Below the pieces are notes generated by a model. It was not told the origin of the DNA. It made no database searches and was given only the letters and a program-made list of their open reading frames with translations. A DNA stretch of 64,000 bases from assembly GCA_951406725.2 (NCBI GenBank), contig OX597822.1:65038001-65102000 (forward strand), read 5' to 3'. Positions 1 through 13,291 of the stretch are shown piece after piece (within the stretch, counting starts at the first letter, position 1; every line of letters begins with the position of its first letter). Source of the DNA: Octopus vulgaris (Eukaryota). The position numbers and the translations under genes were made by a program.

Positions 1-335
1 CGAATGGTTTAACAGAAGCGGTAGAATGACGGACGAAATGCTTTGTAATACTTAGAGATGAGCCATTTATTTTCTTAGTTGAAATCCCATCGATGTCTTC
101 CATTGTTTGAAGATTAAAGATTTACCTTTAATCTTCCTTTGTTTACCAATTGGAAAATGGAGTTGATAGAATCAGCTTTGCAGACCCGCTGCACAAGTAT
201 TTATGCTACTGTTACTTAACCCTGATATTTGACTGGTATCTATTTTAGCGGCCCCGAAAGGATGAATGACGAAGCCGGTTTCGGCGACATTTGAATTTAG
301 AAGGGACAGACGAACGAAATGCTGCAAAACCTGAC

Positions 336-495
336 TTAGTGGTTAGCGAGTTGCATTCACGATTGTGGTGGTGGTGGGGTCGTAGTTTCAAATCTCAGAC
401 AGGCAGTGCGTCGTGTTCATGTTCAAAACATTTCATATTAGGTTGATCCTGTCCACCCAGCTGTAAATAAATACCCTTGCGACGGATCGGCGTAC
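336..495 (+). mobile_element. Degenerate tRNA-derived SINE fragment (family 3)
   Basis: A-box-like tagtggttagcg, then gtttcaaatctcagac and cttgcgacggatcggcgt, resembling the copy at 42048-42356. Confidence 0.4.
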
Positions 496-512
496 AAGAG
501 TAAATTAGAGAT

Positions 513-895
513 TACTCTTATACTCTTTTACTTGTTTCAGTCATTTGACTGTGGCCATGATGGAGCACTGCCTTTAGTCGATCAAATCGACCCCAGGCAG
601 GACTTATTCTTTGTAAGCCTAGTACATATTCTATCGGTCTCTTTTGCCGAACCGCTAAGTTAGGGGAACATAAACACACTAGCATCGGTTGTCAAGAGAT
701 GTTGGGGGAGAGGACAAACACAGACACACAAACGTATACACATACACACAAACGTATACACAGATACACAAACGTATACACACACACACACACACATAGC
801 AGAAGACACTTGCCCAAGGTGACACGCAGTGGGACTGAACTCGGAACCATGTGGTTCGTAAGCAAACTACTTACCACACAGCTACTCCTAGGCCT
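513..895 (-). mobile_element. tRNA-derived SINE family 1, internally deleted copy
   Basis: Reverse complement of the full copy at 25866-26272 (head gctgtgtggtaagtag...gttcagtcccactgcgt, tail atgactgaaacaagtaaaagag); the middle segment is missing. Confidence 0.85.
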
Positions 896-947
896 ATAAG
901 GAAATGAAGGGCGGTTTTGTCCGTTTACGTATGTGTAGATTTATGGT

Positions 948-1722
948 CTTCTCTACTCTAGGCACAGTGCCCGGAAATTGGGGGAGGGGGACAGTTGTTT
1001 AGATCGACTCCAGTACGCAACTGGTACTTAATTTATCGACCCTGAAAGGATGAAAGGCAAAGTCGACCTCGGCGGAATTTGTACTCACTACGTAAAGACA
1101 GACGAAATGCCGCTAAGTATTTCGCCCGGCGCGTAAACTTTCGTTATTTCTTTATTGCCCACAAGGGGCTAAATATAGAGGGGACAAACAAGGACAGACA
1201 AACGGATTAAGTTGATTACATCAACCCTAGTGCGTAACTGAAAGGATGAAAAGCAAAGTCGTCCTCGGCGGAATTTGAACTCAGAACGTAGCGGCAGACG
1301 AAATACCTATTTCTTTACCACCCACAAGGGGCTAAACACAGAGTGGACAAACAAGGACAGACAAAGGGATTAAGTTGATTATATCGACCCCAGTACGTAA
1401 CTGGTACTTATCTAATCGAACCCGAAAGGAAGAAAGGCAAAGTCGACCTCGGCGGAATTTGAACTCAGAACATAGAGGCAGACGAAATACCTATTTCTTT
1501 ATTACCCACAAGGGGCTAAACACAGAGGGGACAAACAAGGACAGACATAGGTATTAAGTCGATTACATCGACCCCAGTGCGTAACTGGTACTTAATTTAT
1601 CGACCCCGAAAGGATGAAAGGCAAAGTCGACCTCGGCAGAATTTGAACACGGAACGTAAAGACAGACGAAATATCGCTAAGCATTTCGCCCGATGTGCTA
1701 ACGTTTCTGCCAGCTCGCCACC
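948..1722 (-). mobile_element. Tandem multimer (about 4 units of ~180 bp) of tRNA-derived SINE family 2 (Nin/Deu-domain-like core)
   Basis: Core gaaaggatgaaaggcaaagtcgacctcggcggaatttgaactcagaacgt repeated four times; head tttctgccagctcgcc at the right end. The core resembles the Nin-domain motif CCTTTCATCCTTYCGRGGTCGATAAA. Confidence 0.85.
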
Positions 1723-2271
1723 TTTGATTCAGAACAATCTTCCGATTGGAGGTCTCACAAACCACGTTTTGCATTCAACAATCGAAGGATGACGATGGAG
1801 ATGACGTGATATTGTCCCTACGATGGTGATTGTCATATGGTTTTTACTTGCGTATCAAAGCCACGCTACAATTAGACGCTGATTCTTTTTTTATTTCAGT
1901 ATAAGAAAACGAAACGCTACCTCTTGCGAACCGAAGTCATGCAGATTTGAAACATTACCTGAAGAGGTACGTTAGTCACATCCTATCTCTCTCAAAAGCA
2001 GAAAAGAAATGCTTTGAGGCCGTGACCAAAGTAATTCTAAGATTCGTTTTATGCGTTCACGCTAGATTCCACTTATTTGGAGACTGTAATCGTCTGAAAA
2101 CTTCCGCACCAGTTGACTATAAATTTCTGAATTACTGCGGAAGTGTGCAGGAAAGAGAAGTGTTAATTAATTTATAAATGAGAGCAAAAAAAAAAAAAGG
2201 AAATGTATTGAGTCGTGAATCTCATCCCTTGCATATCTCTTGACCTGGCGATGTTGTCGTTACATGTTCTT

Positions 2272-2503
2272 ATTTTTTTTATTGCCTACAAGGGGCTCAA
2301 CATAGAGGGGATAAACAAGGACAGACAAAGGGATTAAGTTGATTAGATCGACCCCAGTGCGTAACTGATACTTATTTAATCGAACCCGAAAGGATGAAAG
2401 GCAAAGTCGACCTCGGCGGAATTTGAACTCAGAACGTAACGGCAGACGAAATACGGCTACGCATTTCGCCCGGCGTACTAACGTTTCTGCCAGCCCGCTG
2501 CCT
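2272..2503 (-). mobile_element. SINE family 2 monomer
   Basis: Same core and head as 948-1722; flanked by an imperfect direct repeat tgtcgttacatgttct / tgtcgctatatgttct (possible aged TSD). Confidence 0.85.
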
Positions 2504-2744
2504 TCGTCATGTGTCGCTATATGTTCTACTGGGGATGTGAAGCGTTTCGGCGCAGCCGTTTTGGTGGTATCAGTGTCTTTTTTACGCAATCCTATGTGAA
2601 AGATGTTGCAATGCTTTTCTCATTCTTCTTTACACCTCACTCTCGTCCTCTCTGCCTCTGTATCTCTCCTATTTATGCTTGTCAGCATCTAGTTATATTT
2701 GTGCGTGTAATATCTCTTATTCACTCACCGTCTAGCCTTACTAT

Positions 2745-2942
2745 TTTTACTTGTTTCAGTCACTTGACTGTGGCCATGCTGGAGCACCGCCTTCAGTCGA
2801 GCAAATCGACACCAGGACTTATTCTTTGTAAGTCTAGTACTTATTCTATCGGTTTCTTTTGCCGGGCCGCTAAGTTACGGGAACGTAAACACACTAGCAT
2901 CGGTTGTCAAGCGATGTTGGGGGAAGGGCAAACACAAGCACA

Positions 2943-3016
<74 letters not shown>

Positions 3017-3184
3017 CATATATACGACGGGCTTCTTTCAGTTTCCGTTTACCAAATCCACTCACAAGGCATTGGTCGGCCAGAGGCCATAGTAGAAAAC
3101 ACTAGCCCAAGGATTCAGTGGGACTGAACCCGGAACCATGTGGTTGGTAAGCAAGCTACTTACCACACAGCCACTCCTACGCCT
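2745..3184 (-). mobile_element. SINE family 1, near full length
   Basis: Matches 25866-26272 including the internal (CA)n(TA)n tract. Confidence 0.9.
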
Positions 3185-3619
3185 TGTGCAAAAATTTTAA
3201 ATCAACCACCACCTCTTTTTTTTCACTGTATGTACGAGTATATTTCTGGATGCACTTCCATGTCTTTGTGTGTGTGTTTATGTTTGTCACAAGCGTCGAG
3301 ACGTACTGTCGCCAAAATGATTGAATTTGTAGTCAACCGTGCCAAATTGCCAGCGTCCAAACAGCAGCACCCAACCATCCTTCTCTTCCCGGATGCTCCA
3401 TACACTTCAATGATGACATCTCACTAAAAATAGACGTACTACAACAAATGTAATCTCACCTTTCCCCATCATTCATTCACTGACGTCTTCAACGTAATAC
3501 CATGTGTATTTCATTTTTGCTTATCCTTCTTCTGTTATGTAAAATCTTTTCTTCAGCCCATACCTACTCATCTTATCTCTATTTCTTCCTTCGACCGGAT
3601 CTAGTTTTCTTTTCTTTCT

Positions 3620-4235
3620 ACACACACACACTCACACACACACACACACGCACACACACAGACATCTATATAAAAACACACACATACACACACACATCTA
3701 TATATACATATATATACACACACACACACGTCTATCTGTATATATATATATATATACATACACAAAAACACATTTGTATATACATGAACAGAAGTCATAT
3801 GTATTTACATATATATATTTATATATACATACACAAACACATATATTTGTATATATAAATATATAAATGTTTATATGTATATGTATATATACAGATATAT
3901 ATTTATATATATATACATATATGTATATACATATACATATATGTATATATGTATATATATATACATATATGTATATACATATACATATATGTATATATAT
4001 AAATATATATCTGTTTATATGTATATGTATATACATATCTATATATATAATTATATATATATGTTTACATGCATATGCATATATATATATATGTATATAT
4101 GTATATATATATATATACATATATGTATATAAAATATATATATATCCATACATATGCATATGTATACATATGTATATAACTATATATACACATACATATA
4201 TATATGAAGACACACACACACACACACACACATAC
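3620..4235. repeat. Compound (CA)n/(TA)n microsatellite
   Basis: Direct reading; representative of dozens of similar tracts in the window. Confidence 0.95.
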
Positions 4236-4864
4236 TAATTCCGCGTATTGAAGTCAGCCAACGGTAGAAGTTGCTCGCATTCATGTATTATATTATAAAA
4301 GGATCATATACATGGAAGGAAATACGACTGAAGCAGGAAATGAGTAAAGGAAATACGCACATGCAAACTAAATGAAGTGTGCATAAATAATAGAAAACGT
4401 AGGATATTCTATACATAAAAATATATATTTTTACCTGTGTTAGAGAAAATGTTTTCTCGAGCAAGATAGGTTACAAGCTACCTCCAATTAGAGGCTGGAA
4501 ACATCACACTACTAAGCTTAGAGGTGATCTTGCATAACGCATATTTTTATTTTAGCTTTTCCGAATATGTCGCACAGTATTAAGGCCGGAGCTTTGATAA
4601 TTAATTTTGATTGGGACTTTTTATTTAAAGCATGCTAAATTGTGAAGGTTCGTTAAGCGGGTGTGTGTGTGTGTGTGTGATTATTTTAGTTTCTAAAATG
4701 TCTAGGTATGTGCGTGTATGTACATGCGCGTGTATTTGTTGACGTGTGCGCCCATTCAAAGACAGGTGGAAAGGAAATGTACCGACTTGAGAATAAGGCG
4801 TAGTCGCCCAACACGGAATAGAAAGCATACATACATCCATACATACACAAATATATACACACAC

Positions 4865-4908
<44 letters not shown>

Positions 4909-4909
<1 letters not shown>

Positions 4910-5087
4910 ATTATTAATAATAGTAGGGAATATAAAATTCCAAACTTACAGGGAAAAATTTAATTTAGTGATTTTTAGAATAATATTTATTCTAATATAT
5001 TTTAACTTTTTCTATGATATAATATAGATAATATCTTTCACTATCAATTGGATTACTTAATAGAGGTTATTTCTATTAATTATATAC

Positions 5088-5090
<3 letters not shown>
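4909..5090. mobile_element. AT-rich PLE-terminus-like remnant between (TA)n tracts
   Basis: tagggaat...tccaaacttacagggaaaaat resembles the reverse complement of 61640-61690, which belongs to the HHR fold-back at 61396-61690. Confidence 0.45.
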
Positions 5091-5183
<93 letters not shown>

Positions 5184-6479
5184 CATATATATATATATGT
5201 ATATATATATATATGTATTTATCTATACTTATACATATATGATACACATATGCATATATATATATATATATATATAATATGTATATTCGTTTATATAAAA
5301 ATATGTGTGCATATATATGTGTGTGTATATATATGTATGCATATATATTATATGTGTATGTGTACAGCAAGTCGTTGTTAATCATCGTTTATAATCATGA
5401 ATAATGCCATCAAACGGTTAATGTTATCAGAATTTTCATGTAAACCGTACATTTACAAGTAGAAGTCTTGTTAGATACCTAGACGTTATTAACATAAAAA
5501 AAAAATTTGGTTGCTTAGCAACGTTGAAGCTACGAAGGCAGAGTCAGAAATATGTTATAGTCTTTCTGATGTAAATTCTAAATTAAAAGAAGAGAATGAA
5601 CCAAATTTAGAAGAAGAAGAAGAAATTTCCAGCGCTCCTTCAACCTGTGTTCAGAAGTCGGAAGCTCTATAAATATTTCGTTCTGACTTGTAAGATCGAT
5701 AAATAGTATAATTTCATAAGCAATGCGAGTGTGAATAATGCATTAATGAACTCCTGAATTCAAACTGTTATAAAGTCAACATTAGATAATTTGTCGAAAT
5801 AAATAATTTAAAATTAGGCATTTATTTATATATTCATTTATTTTGTCAATTGAAATGTCTGTATGAAGGGAATAATTCATGAGAGACTGGGAAAGATACG
5901 TTAATTCCACTTACATAAGAGAAGGAAAATCAAAAAAAAAAAAAATGAAATATGTAAAGAAAAAGATGGTTAAATTGTTTTATTTATTTATTTATTTATT
6001 TATTTATTTGGTTAATCATATTGTGGCTTCCATGAATTGGGAAATCTTGTTTATGATTGGCGGATTCTTGAGAATATTTGCATCTCTTACATTTGTAGCC
6101 TGTTTTTTTCTTTAACCTTTTTTTCATATCCAAAGCATTTTCATAAGCTTGTCCTAAATGTCCACGCTTGTTTTCAGACTTTTAGTTCGGCCTTTGTTTG
6201 AGTGAAATGAAGCTTTATTTTCATTAGAAAAAATAGGGAACGTGCAAGGATACAAAGTGGTATCCGGTCCAAGAACAGAATCCATGATCGAGAGTATAAC
6301 AGCGTAAACAATTCGCCGGACACTTTCACTAACTTGATGTCGTGATGTCACAAATGCCCTTCACGGCAGTTTTCCTTTTTGCGCTTGGGCTGGTTTCAAT
6401 CATTTTGAACCCCAACCCTTTTTCAGCAAGCGGTCTTATGAAATGTATTTACACCCCTGATTATCTAATGAACGTAACT

Positions 6480-6592
6480 AGTAGAAGACACCATAGTAGA
6501 AGACACTTGCCCAAGGTGTCACGCAGTGGGACTGAACCCGGAACTATGTGGTTAGTAAGCAAACTACTTTCATACAGCCACTCCTCCGCCTG
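6480..6592 (-). mobile_element. SINE family 1 head fragment
   Basis: agaagacacttgcccaaggtgtcacgcagtgggactgaacccggaac matches the family 1 head. Confidence 0.8.
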
Positions 6593-7034
6593 TTCAGCTC
6601 CGCATTACAGACGGCTGAACAGAATTTGTTATCAATGACATTCCACCTGAACGATTCTGTCTTTCACTAGCTTTTTTCCACAAATCCACCAAATTTTAAG
6701 AAGGTGCAACGCAAGATTAGAAACAGGGAAAGACAAAGAGTAAGAGTGAGTGAGACAGAGAGAGAGAGAGGAGAGAGGGGGTGGGTGAAATGGTTGCTAT
6801 TTTCTGCAAACTGCGAGTGATAACGTAGAGGCATATATCATTGGTATGTATTTTCTTTTAGAGATGATGGTATTTATTCCAATGTGCTGCTTTTTACGTT
6901 GGACTAAAATTACAGCGAATATAATGACGTCATTGCTACGTGGCGATCGAGCTTTGATGTTGAATTTTGTAACAAGGGAAATTTGCTGGCTCTTAAAAGA
7001 GATTCTAGATTTTTGGATTAACGAAAATGACTTC

Positions 7035-7126
7035 TTGTTATTGTTGTTGTTGTTGTTGTTCTTCTTCTTGTTGTTGTTGTTGTTCTTCTTCTTCTTCTTC
7101 TTCTTCTTCTTCTTCTTCTCCTTCTT

Positions 7127-7159
<33 letters not shown>

Positions 7160-7340
7160 CCCTTCTTCTTCTTCTTCTTCTTCTTCTTCTCTCTTCTCCC
7201 TTCTTCTTCCTTCTCTTTCTTCCTCCTCCTCCTCCTACTACGACTTCCTTCTTCATTCTCTTTCTTTCTCCTCTTTCTTTCTCTTCCTCCTCCTCCTCCT
7301 CCTACTACTACTACTACTACTACTACGGCTGCTGCTGCTG

Positions 7341-7379
<39 letters not shown>

Positions 7380-7436
7380 ATACTGCTGCTGCTGTTGTTG
7401 CTGCTACTACTACTACTAATACTGCTGCTGCTGCTG

Positions 7437-7495
<59 letters not shown>

Positions 7496-7515
7496 ACTAC
7501 TGCTGCTGCAGCAAC
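7035..7515. repeat. Compound trinucleotide microsatellite (TTG/TTC/CTA/CTG)
   Basis: Direct reading. Confidence 0.95.
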
Positions 7516-8720
7516 AGTTTTTATCTTTACTAGTTCTTCAGTAGTCTGTATTTTAAAATGGCTTTCAATATATTTCTCACTCCAATTATCATATTCTTAT
7601 CTCGCTTCACTCCATTCTCTAAGGTATATTCTTCCATCATAATAAAAGCCTGTAAACGTATCGTGTTCTGTTTGTTTGTTCTTTTGTTTGGTTGTTTATA
7701 TATCTACTAATGTGTATGTGCATGTATGTGTGTGTGTTTACAAACAGACACATAGATATGGATATGGCGCCATGTTGTGTGTATGTATATATTTATACAT
7801 ATACATATATATAATATATATGTATATGTATTTATATATATCTATGTATGTATATATATATATATATATGCATACATACAAGTACATATACATATATATG
7901 TATATGATGTATATATATAACATATATATCTATATACATGCAAACAAAAATGCAATTACAAATATACGTACATGCACACACATATACATACACACATACA
8001 CACATACACACATACACACATACTTACATAGATGCATACATACTTACATATATATATACATATATATATACATATATACATACATACGTACATACAATCA
8101 TAAAACAGAAACATAATACATACCTACATACATACTTGCATACGTACATACATACGTACGTACATACATACATACATACATACATACATACATACATACA
8201 TACATACATACATACATACATAAGTTTCTCTGTATTAGGCAGGCACAGATACACACATAATGTCTATGAGCTAAAAATATGTGGTACATGAATAAGATTT
8301 TTAATCCTCCACAGATTTGTTAATGTTCTGACTTTATTTTTGCAGTTATCATGTTAATTGTTTATACGTATTCTTTCAAGTAATTATTTTAAACGCGTGT
8401 GTATGTCTACAGGTATAGATTTGTGTATTCTTAGGTCTAGAATTATACAATCACTCTATGTGCGTGTGTCTATGTGTGTGTGTGTGCGTGTGTGTGTTTG
8501 GTTCCGCCTGTGCGTTTGTGTACATGTATATTTGTTTATATATGCGATTTTAAATTTCTGTGTGAATATGTATAATATATATATATATATACATCTATAT
8601 AAACACACACACGCACACACACACGCAAACGCACACACACATATACATTATGTGTATATGTGTACGTGTGCGAGTATTTCTACCAGTGTCGTCAAAATGT
8701 AACTGTAGAAACGTATGCAC

Positions 8721-8800
<80 letters not shown>

Positions 8801-8896
8801 CATATATATATATATGTTATTTATATATATATATAAAGAGAACGAAACGAAACGAACGAATCGAATCGAATCGACGCGAGGGCGCTCAGTCATACA

Positions 8897-9240
8897 ATAG
8901 TGTAATAAATAAAATATATGCATACATACATACATATATGTACGTACCTACATCTACATGTATATATACATGCATATATAAATATATATGTGAGTACAGG
9001 ACACCACAAATAGACGTAGAACTCAACGAGAAACGAAAACAGAAAAACAAGCATGGAACAAGCGTTGTAAAAATATGGTCTGTTCCATGCTTGTTTTTCC
9101 GTTTTCGTTTCTCGTTGAGTTCTACGTCTATTTGAGGTGTCCTGTACTCACGTATATATATTTATATATGCATGTATATATACATGTAGATGTAGGTACG
9201 TACATATATGTATGTATGTATGCATATATTTTATTTATTA

Positions 9241-9246
<6 letters not shown>
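8897..9246. repeat. Near-perfect ~165-bp inverted repeat with 20-bp spacer (fold-back element)
   Basis: 8897-9060 is the reverse complement of 9081-9246 apart from 2 substitutions and one 2-bp indel. The arm resembles 56105-56250. Confidence 0.92.
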
Positions 9247-9284
<38 letters not shown>

Positions 9285-9287
<3 letters not shown>

Positions 9288-9487
9288 TAATCCAAACGGG
9301 AAAACAGAAACAACAACAACACGTGGAACAATTACAGTATTATTATTATTAGGCGCTCAGGAAAATGGAAGAAGGAGGGTATGACGTTTCGAGCGCAGCT
9401 CTTCGTCGGAAACATAGGAGAAAGAAAGATCCTGAGACGGGAGGACAGAGGAAAAAAATTGCAGGTAGTCTTCACGAGGTCACATAC
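9285..9487 (-). mobile_element. PLE pseudo-LTR-like terminus, family A
   Basis: Reverse complement aligns along its length with 33355-33560; abuts (TA)n; contains an HHR motif. Confidence 0.75.
9379..9414 (-). ncRNA. Minimal type-I hammerhead motif (core variant CCGACGA)
   Basis: Minus strand: ttt-CCGACGA-A-GAGC-tgc-GCTC-GAAA-CG-TC-atac; helix I is weak. Confidence 0.6.
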
Positions 9488-10139
9488 TAAAAAGACGGAA
9501 GTGGTAAAAAAGGAGGAAAATGTTTTTTAAAAACAGGAGAGCTGAATCAAAGAGGGAATGGTAAAAAAAGGTGTGCGAGATGACGAGGGTGTGTGTGTGA
9601 GTGTGTGCGTGTGTGTGTATGTGTGTGTGTATGGTGGACAGTGGCTAGTAGCAGGCAGTAGTAGAATTAAAGGAGTGGTGTGGGGGTACCCTAGCAAGTC
9701 AGAAAGGCAGATCAGAAACAGGGAGGTATGTGTGTGTGCGTGTGTATGTATGTGTGAGTGTGTGCGTGTGCGTGTGTGTATGTGTGTGTGAGGCGAGATA
9801 AAAAAACAAAAAATATGTATATGTTAGTGCGTGCAGGGCGAACGGATGACATAGCAAGTCTCGTGCCAGTGTGTGTGTTGAATGGTAGTGTGTGTGTGTC
9901 CAGTGTGCGTAGTTGTGTGTATGGCAAGTAAATTTGAAGTGTGTGTAAGTGTAATGTATATATATATGCAAATGTGTGTGTGTAAGTGGGTGTGTGTATG
10001 TGTACAAAGAGGAGGGGGGGTTAAGGAAAAAACTGCAGCGGAGGGGGGGGAAGATGGAAGAGTGGTCCCGCGGCGACAGGCGTGGGAGAACCCAAAGACA
10101 CGCGCCGGCCCCAGATATGTACAGGAGATCTAGTCGGTA

Positions 10140-11560
10140 CCCACGAGCGTGGTGCATGCATGCGTGTATGCGTGCGCGAACGTGCACACGCGTGTATGTG
10201 CGCGCGCCTGCGAGTGTGTGTGTAAGTATGTATGTGTGTGGATGTGTGAGTGTGTCTGTGTGTAAGTCTGGGTGTCAGTGTGTCCGATGAATGTATGTAA
10301 GTATGTGTGTGTATATGTGTGTGTATAGATGTATGTCCGTGTGTGTGTGTGTATGTGTATGAGTGTGTATGTATGTACGTGTGTGTGTGTGGAAGTGTGT
10401 GTATGTGCATGTGTATGCGCGTACATGCAGGTGTGTGAGTGAGTGTGTGTGTGTATGTATGTGTGAGTGTGTATGTCTGTGTGTGTAGGATGCATGTATG
10501 TGTATGGGTGTATGTATGTGTGTGTGTGTATATATGTGTACGTGCGTGTGTATGTGTGTGTATGCCTGTATGCATGTATGCGTACATGCGTGTAGGTGTG
10601 CGCGTGTGCATGCATGCATGCATGTGCGCATGTGTGTGTGTGTGTGTGCATGTGTGTAGGTATATATGTATGTGCGTATATGTGTGTGTATGTGCGTACA
10701 TGTGTGTGTGTATGCATGTGTGTGTATGTAGGTGTGTAGGCGTGTGTGTATAGGTGTATGTATGTAAGTATGTATGGGTGTGTCCGTGTATGTGTGTGTA
10801 TGCATGTGTGTGTATGTAGGTGTGTAGGCGTGTGTGTATAGGTGTATGTATGTATGTATGTATGGGTGTGTCCGTGTGTGCTTGTGTGTGTGTGTGTATG
10901 CATGTGTATGTAGGTGTGTGTGTACGTATGTAATATATGTATGTATGCGTGTGTGTGCGTGTGTATGCGTGTGTGTGTGTCTGTAGGTGCGTATGTATGT
11001 GTGTGGGAGTGTAGGTGTGTGTGTGCGTGTATGTGTGCGTGTGCGTGTATATGTTGGTGTGTGTGTATGTGAGTGTGAGTGTATGGGTGTTTGTCATGCA
11101 TGTGTGTGCGCGTGCAGGCGAGTGTGTGTGTAAGTATGTGTGTATGTATGTATGTGTGAGTGTGTATGTGTGTATGTCTGTGTGTATGTATGTGCGTATA
11201 GGAGTATGTAAGTATGTGTGTGTGTATGTGTGTGGATGTATGTATGTATGTAGGTATGTGTGTGTGTGTGCATGTGTGTAAGTATATGTGTGTGTGCGTA
11301 TGTATGTGTATATGTATGTGTGTGTGTTTATGTATGTGTGTATGTATGTGTGTAGGCGTGTGTGTATAGGTGTATGTATGTATGGGTGTGTGTCTGTGAG
11401 TGTTTGTGTGTGTGTGTAGGTATGTGTGTATGTATGAGTGAAGGTATGGCTGTGTGTGTGTGTGTGTGTATGAATGTAAGTGTGTGTGTGTACAAGTGTA
11501 ATGTATGTATGTAGGTGTGTGTGTGTGTATATGTGTGCGTGTGCGTGTGTATATATATAC
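10140..11560. repeat. Long compound (GT)/(GTAT) microsatellite with higher-order ~85-bp repeats
   Basis: Block tgtaggcgtgtgtgtataggtgtatgtatgta..tgggtgtgt recurs near 10735, 10825 and 11350. Confidence 0.9.
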
Positions 11561-11564
11561 ATAT

Positions 11565-12236
11565 ATCCACACCGCCCTTGCCAGAGCACGGTCCGTGGAC
11601 CGTGTATCTGCTCTCTCTCCCCGAACCCGCCCTGTAGTCTCCCGCCTCCCTTTTCCCCTCACTTACCACCCCACGACCCTACGTCTCCAACGCACCATTC
11701 TTCGAGCTTTCCGTCATCTCCAGTCCGACCCGTCCACTTCACACCTCTTCCCTAACCGACCCCTCCCCTCTTTCAAACGAGCCCACAACCTTCGAGACCT
11801 TTTGGTCCATAGCTCCTTCCCTGACCCTACCTCCCAACCCGGCTCGTTCCCCTGCTCCCGCCCACGTTGCCGCACTTGCCCTTACCTCTCCAACACCACC
11901 CGCCTCACTAGCACCCACCATCGACCCTATCCCATCATCCACTCCTTCACCTGCACCTCCAGCAATATTATCTATTGCATCTCTTGCTCTCTCTGCAATT
12001 CCTTGTACATCGGACAAACGGGACGCCGCTTGGCTGACCGGTTCGCGGAACACCTTCGTGACATCCACCTTGCGAACGACACACCGGTCTCACGCCATTT
12101 CCGCTCCACCGGTCACTCCTTGCAACACCTATCTGTGTTCGGTTTGTCCTTACACAGAGGCCATCCGGATTCCCGTTTGCGCCGTGAACAGGAATTAATC
12201 TTCTCTCTTCGCTCTTATACGCCATTTGGTCTCAAC
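11565..12236 (+). pseudogene. Penelope-like retroelement ORF C-terminus: RT-thumb end, Cys-rich linker, GIY-YIG endonuclease (Neptune-like); 5'-truncated
   Basis: Translation contains PLPSFKRAHNLRDLLVHS, PCSRPRCRTC, NIIYCISCSLCNSLYIGQTGRRLADRFAEH, VSRHF..GH and RREQELIFSL...PFGLN, all hallmark PLE motifs. No stops, but no RT core or genuine start. Confidence 0.93.
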
Positions 12237-13133
12237 TCTCCCCCCTCCTCATCTAACCCCCTCTCCCCCTCCTCACCTATCCTTTCTCCCCCGACCCCTA
12301 CTTCTTCAGTCCTTCATCCTTTCACCCCTACTCCCCTTCCCTTCTTCCCTCTTTCTCCCTCCCTCTTCCCCTTCCCTCTGCTCCCTCACTCCCTCTCTCC
12401 CCTTCTCTCTCCCCCTCTCCCTCTTTCCTCCTTCATCCCCCTCATCCCCTTCCTTCTCCCCATCCTCTCCTCTCCCCCCTTCTCCTCCCCCTCTTCTTCC
12501 CCTCCCCTCCTCCTCTTCTTCCTCTTCTTCCCCCTCCCCTCTTCTTCCCCTCCCCTTCTCTCCCCCTCTTCTTCTCCTCACTACACCACATGACTTTACA
12601 CATCACATCACATGATGTGCCATACTAATACACACACCAACTAATACATACTAATACGTACTAATACATACTAGTACATACTAATACTTACACCAACCCT
12701 ATACATACACACGTCCAGACCCCGCATACGCACTTATACTCTCTCACACACACACACACACACACCTATACATACCAATACGTACTAATACATACTAATA
12801 CATACTAATACATACACCAAACCCATACATACGCACGTCCAGACCAATCTTACGCACTAATACTCTCTCATACACACACACACACACACACACACCCTTA
12901 TACATACTAATACATACACCAACCCTATACATACATACATCCAGACCCCTCCCACGCACTTTTAGCTGGTCCCTCAACCCATTTATCAACCCTATTATCT
13001 CCCCTTATTTCGCTCTCGCGTCTCATGTTTGATCTTTGACCTCTGGCCGAAATCAGATCGCCATGTTGATTCGTTAGCTACTGCACGCATTTTTTTTTCT
13101 CTCCTTCTTTCTGTGTTTTTCTCTCTCTGTGTA

Positions 13134-13171
13134 TCTTTCTGTTGAAGAGCGTAGGCTCGAAACGTTAAAGA
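13134..13171 (+). ncRNA. Minimal type-I hammerhead motif (core variant CTGTTGA)
   Basis: TCTTT-CTGTTGA-A-GAGC-gtag-GCTC-GAAA-CG-TT-AAAGA; helix I TCTTT/AAAGA, helix II GAGC/GCTC, palindromic ACGT helix III. Confidence 0.7.
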
Positions 13172-13291
13172 CTTGTTTTATTTATATTTCCTGAGCGCCA
13201 TACTAATACAATTGTTCGTTTGTTTTCCACCTGCCTTCGTCTTTTGTTTATTTTCATAAAGCTTCCCGTTATATATATATGTATATATGTA

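Larger units (their letters stand above)
11565..13270 (+). mobile_element. 5'-truncated Penelope-like element: EN segment, pyrimidine tract, CA-rich tandem 3' UTR, HHR-bearing pseudo-LTR
   Basis: Continuous arrangement from the GIY-YIG ORF to the family B terminus ending at (TA)n at 13270. Confidence 0.8.

Noticed and set aside
948-1722. Regularly spaced repeats suggesting a CRISPR array
   Set aside because: Whole ~180-bp units are homologous, there are no unique spacers or cas genes, and the context is eukaryotic SINE sequence.
6846-7544. 232-aa Leu/Phe-rich membrane-like ORF
   Set aside because: Derived from TTG/TTC/CTA microsatellites.
10021-11662. 510-522 aa His/Thr-rich ORFs
   Set aside because: Translations of a (CA)-type compound microsatellite; open in several frames because the repeat lacks stops.
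12237-12593. Pro/Ser/Leu-rich C-terminal extension of the GIY-YIG ORF
   Set aside because: Read-through into a pyrimidine tract; the PLE protein normally ends just after GLN, and a TAA lies nearby in another frame.
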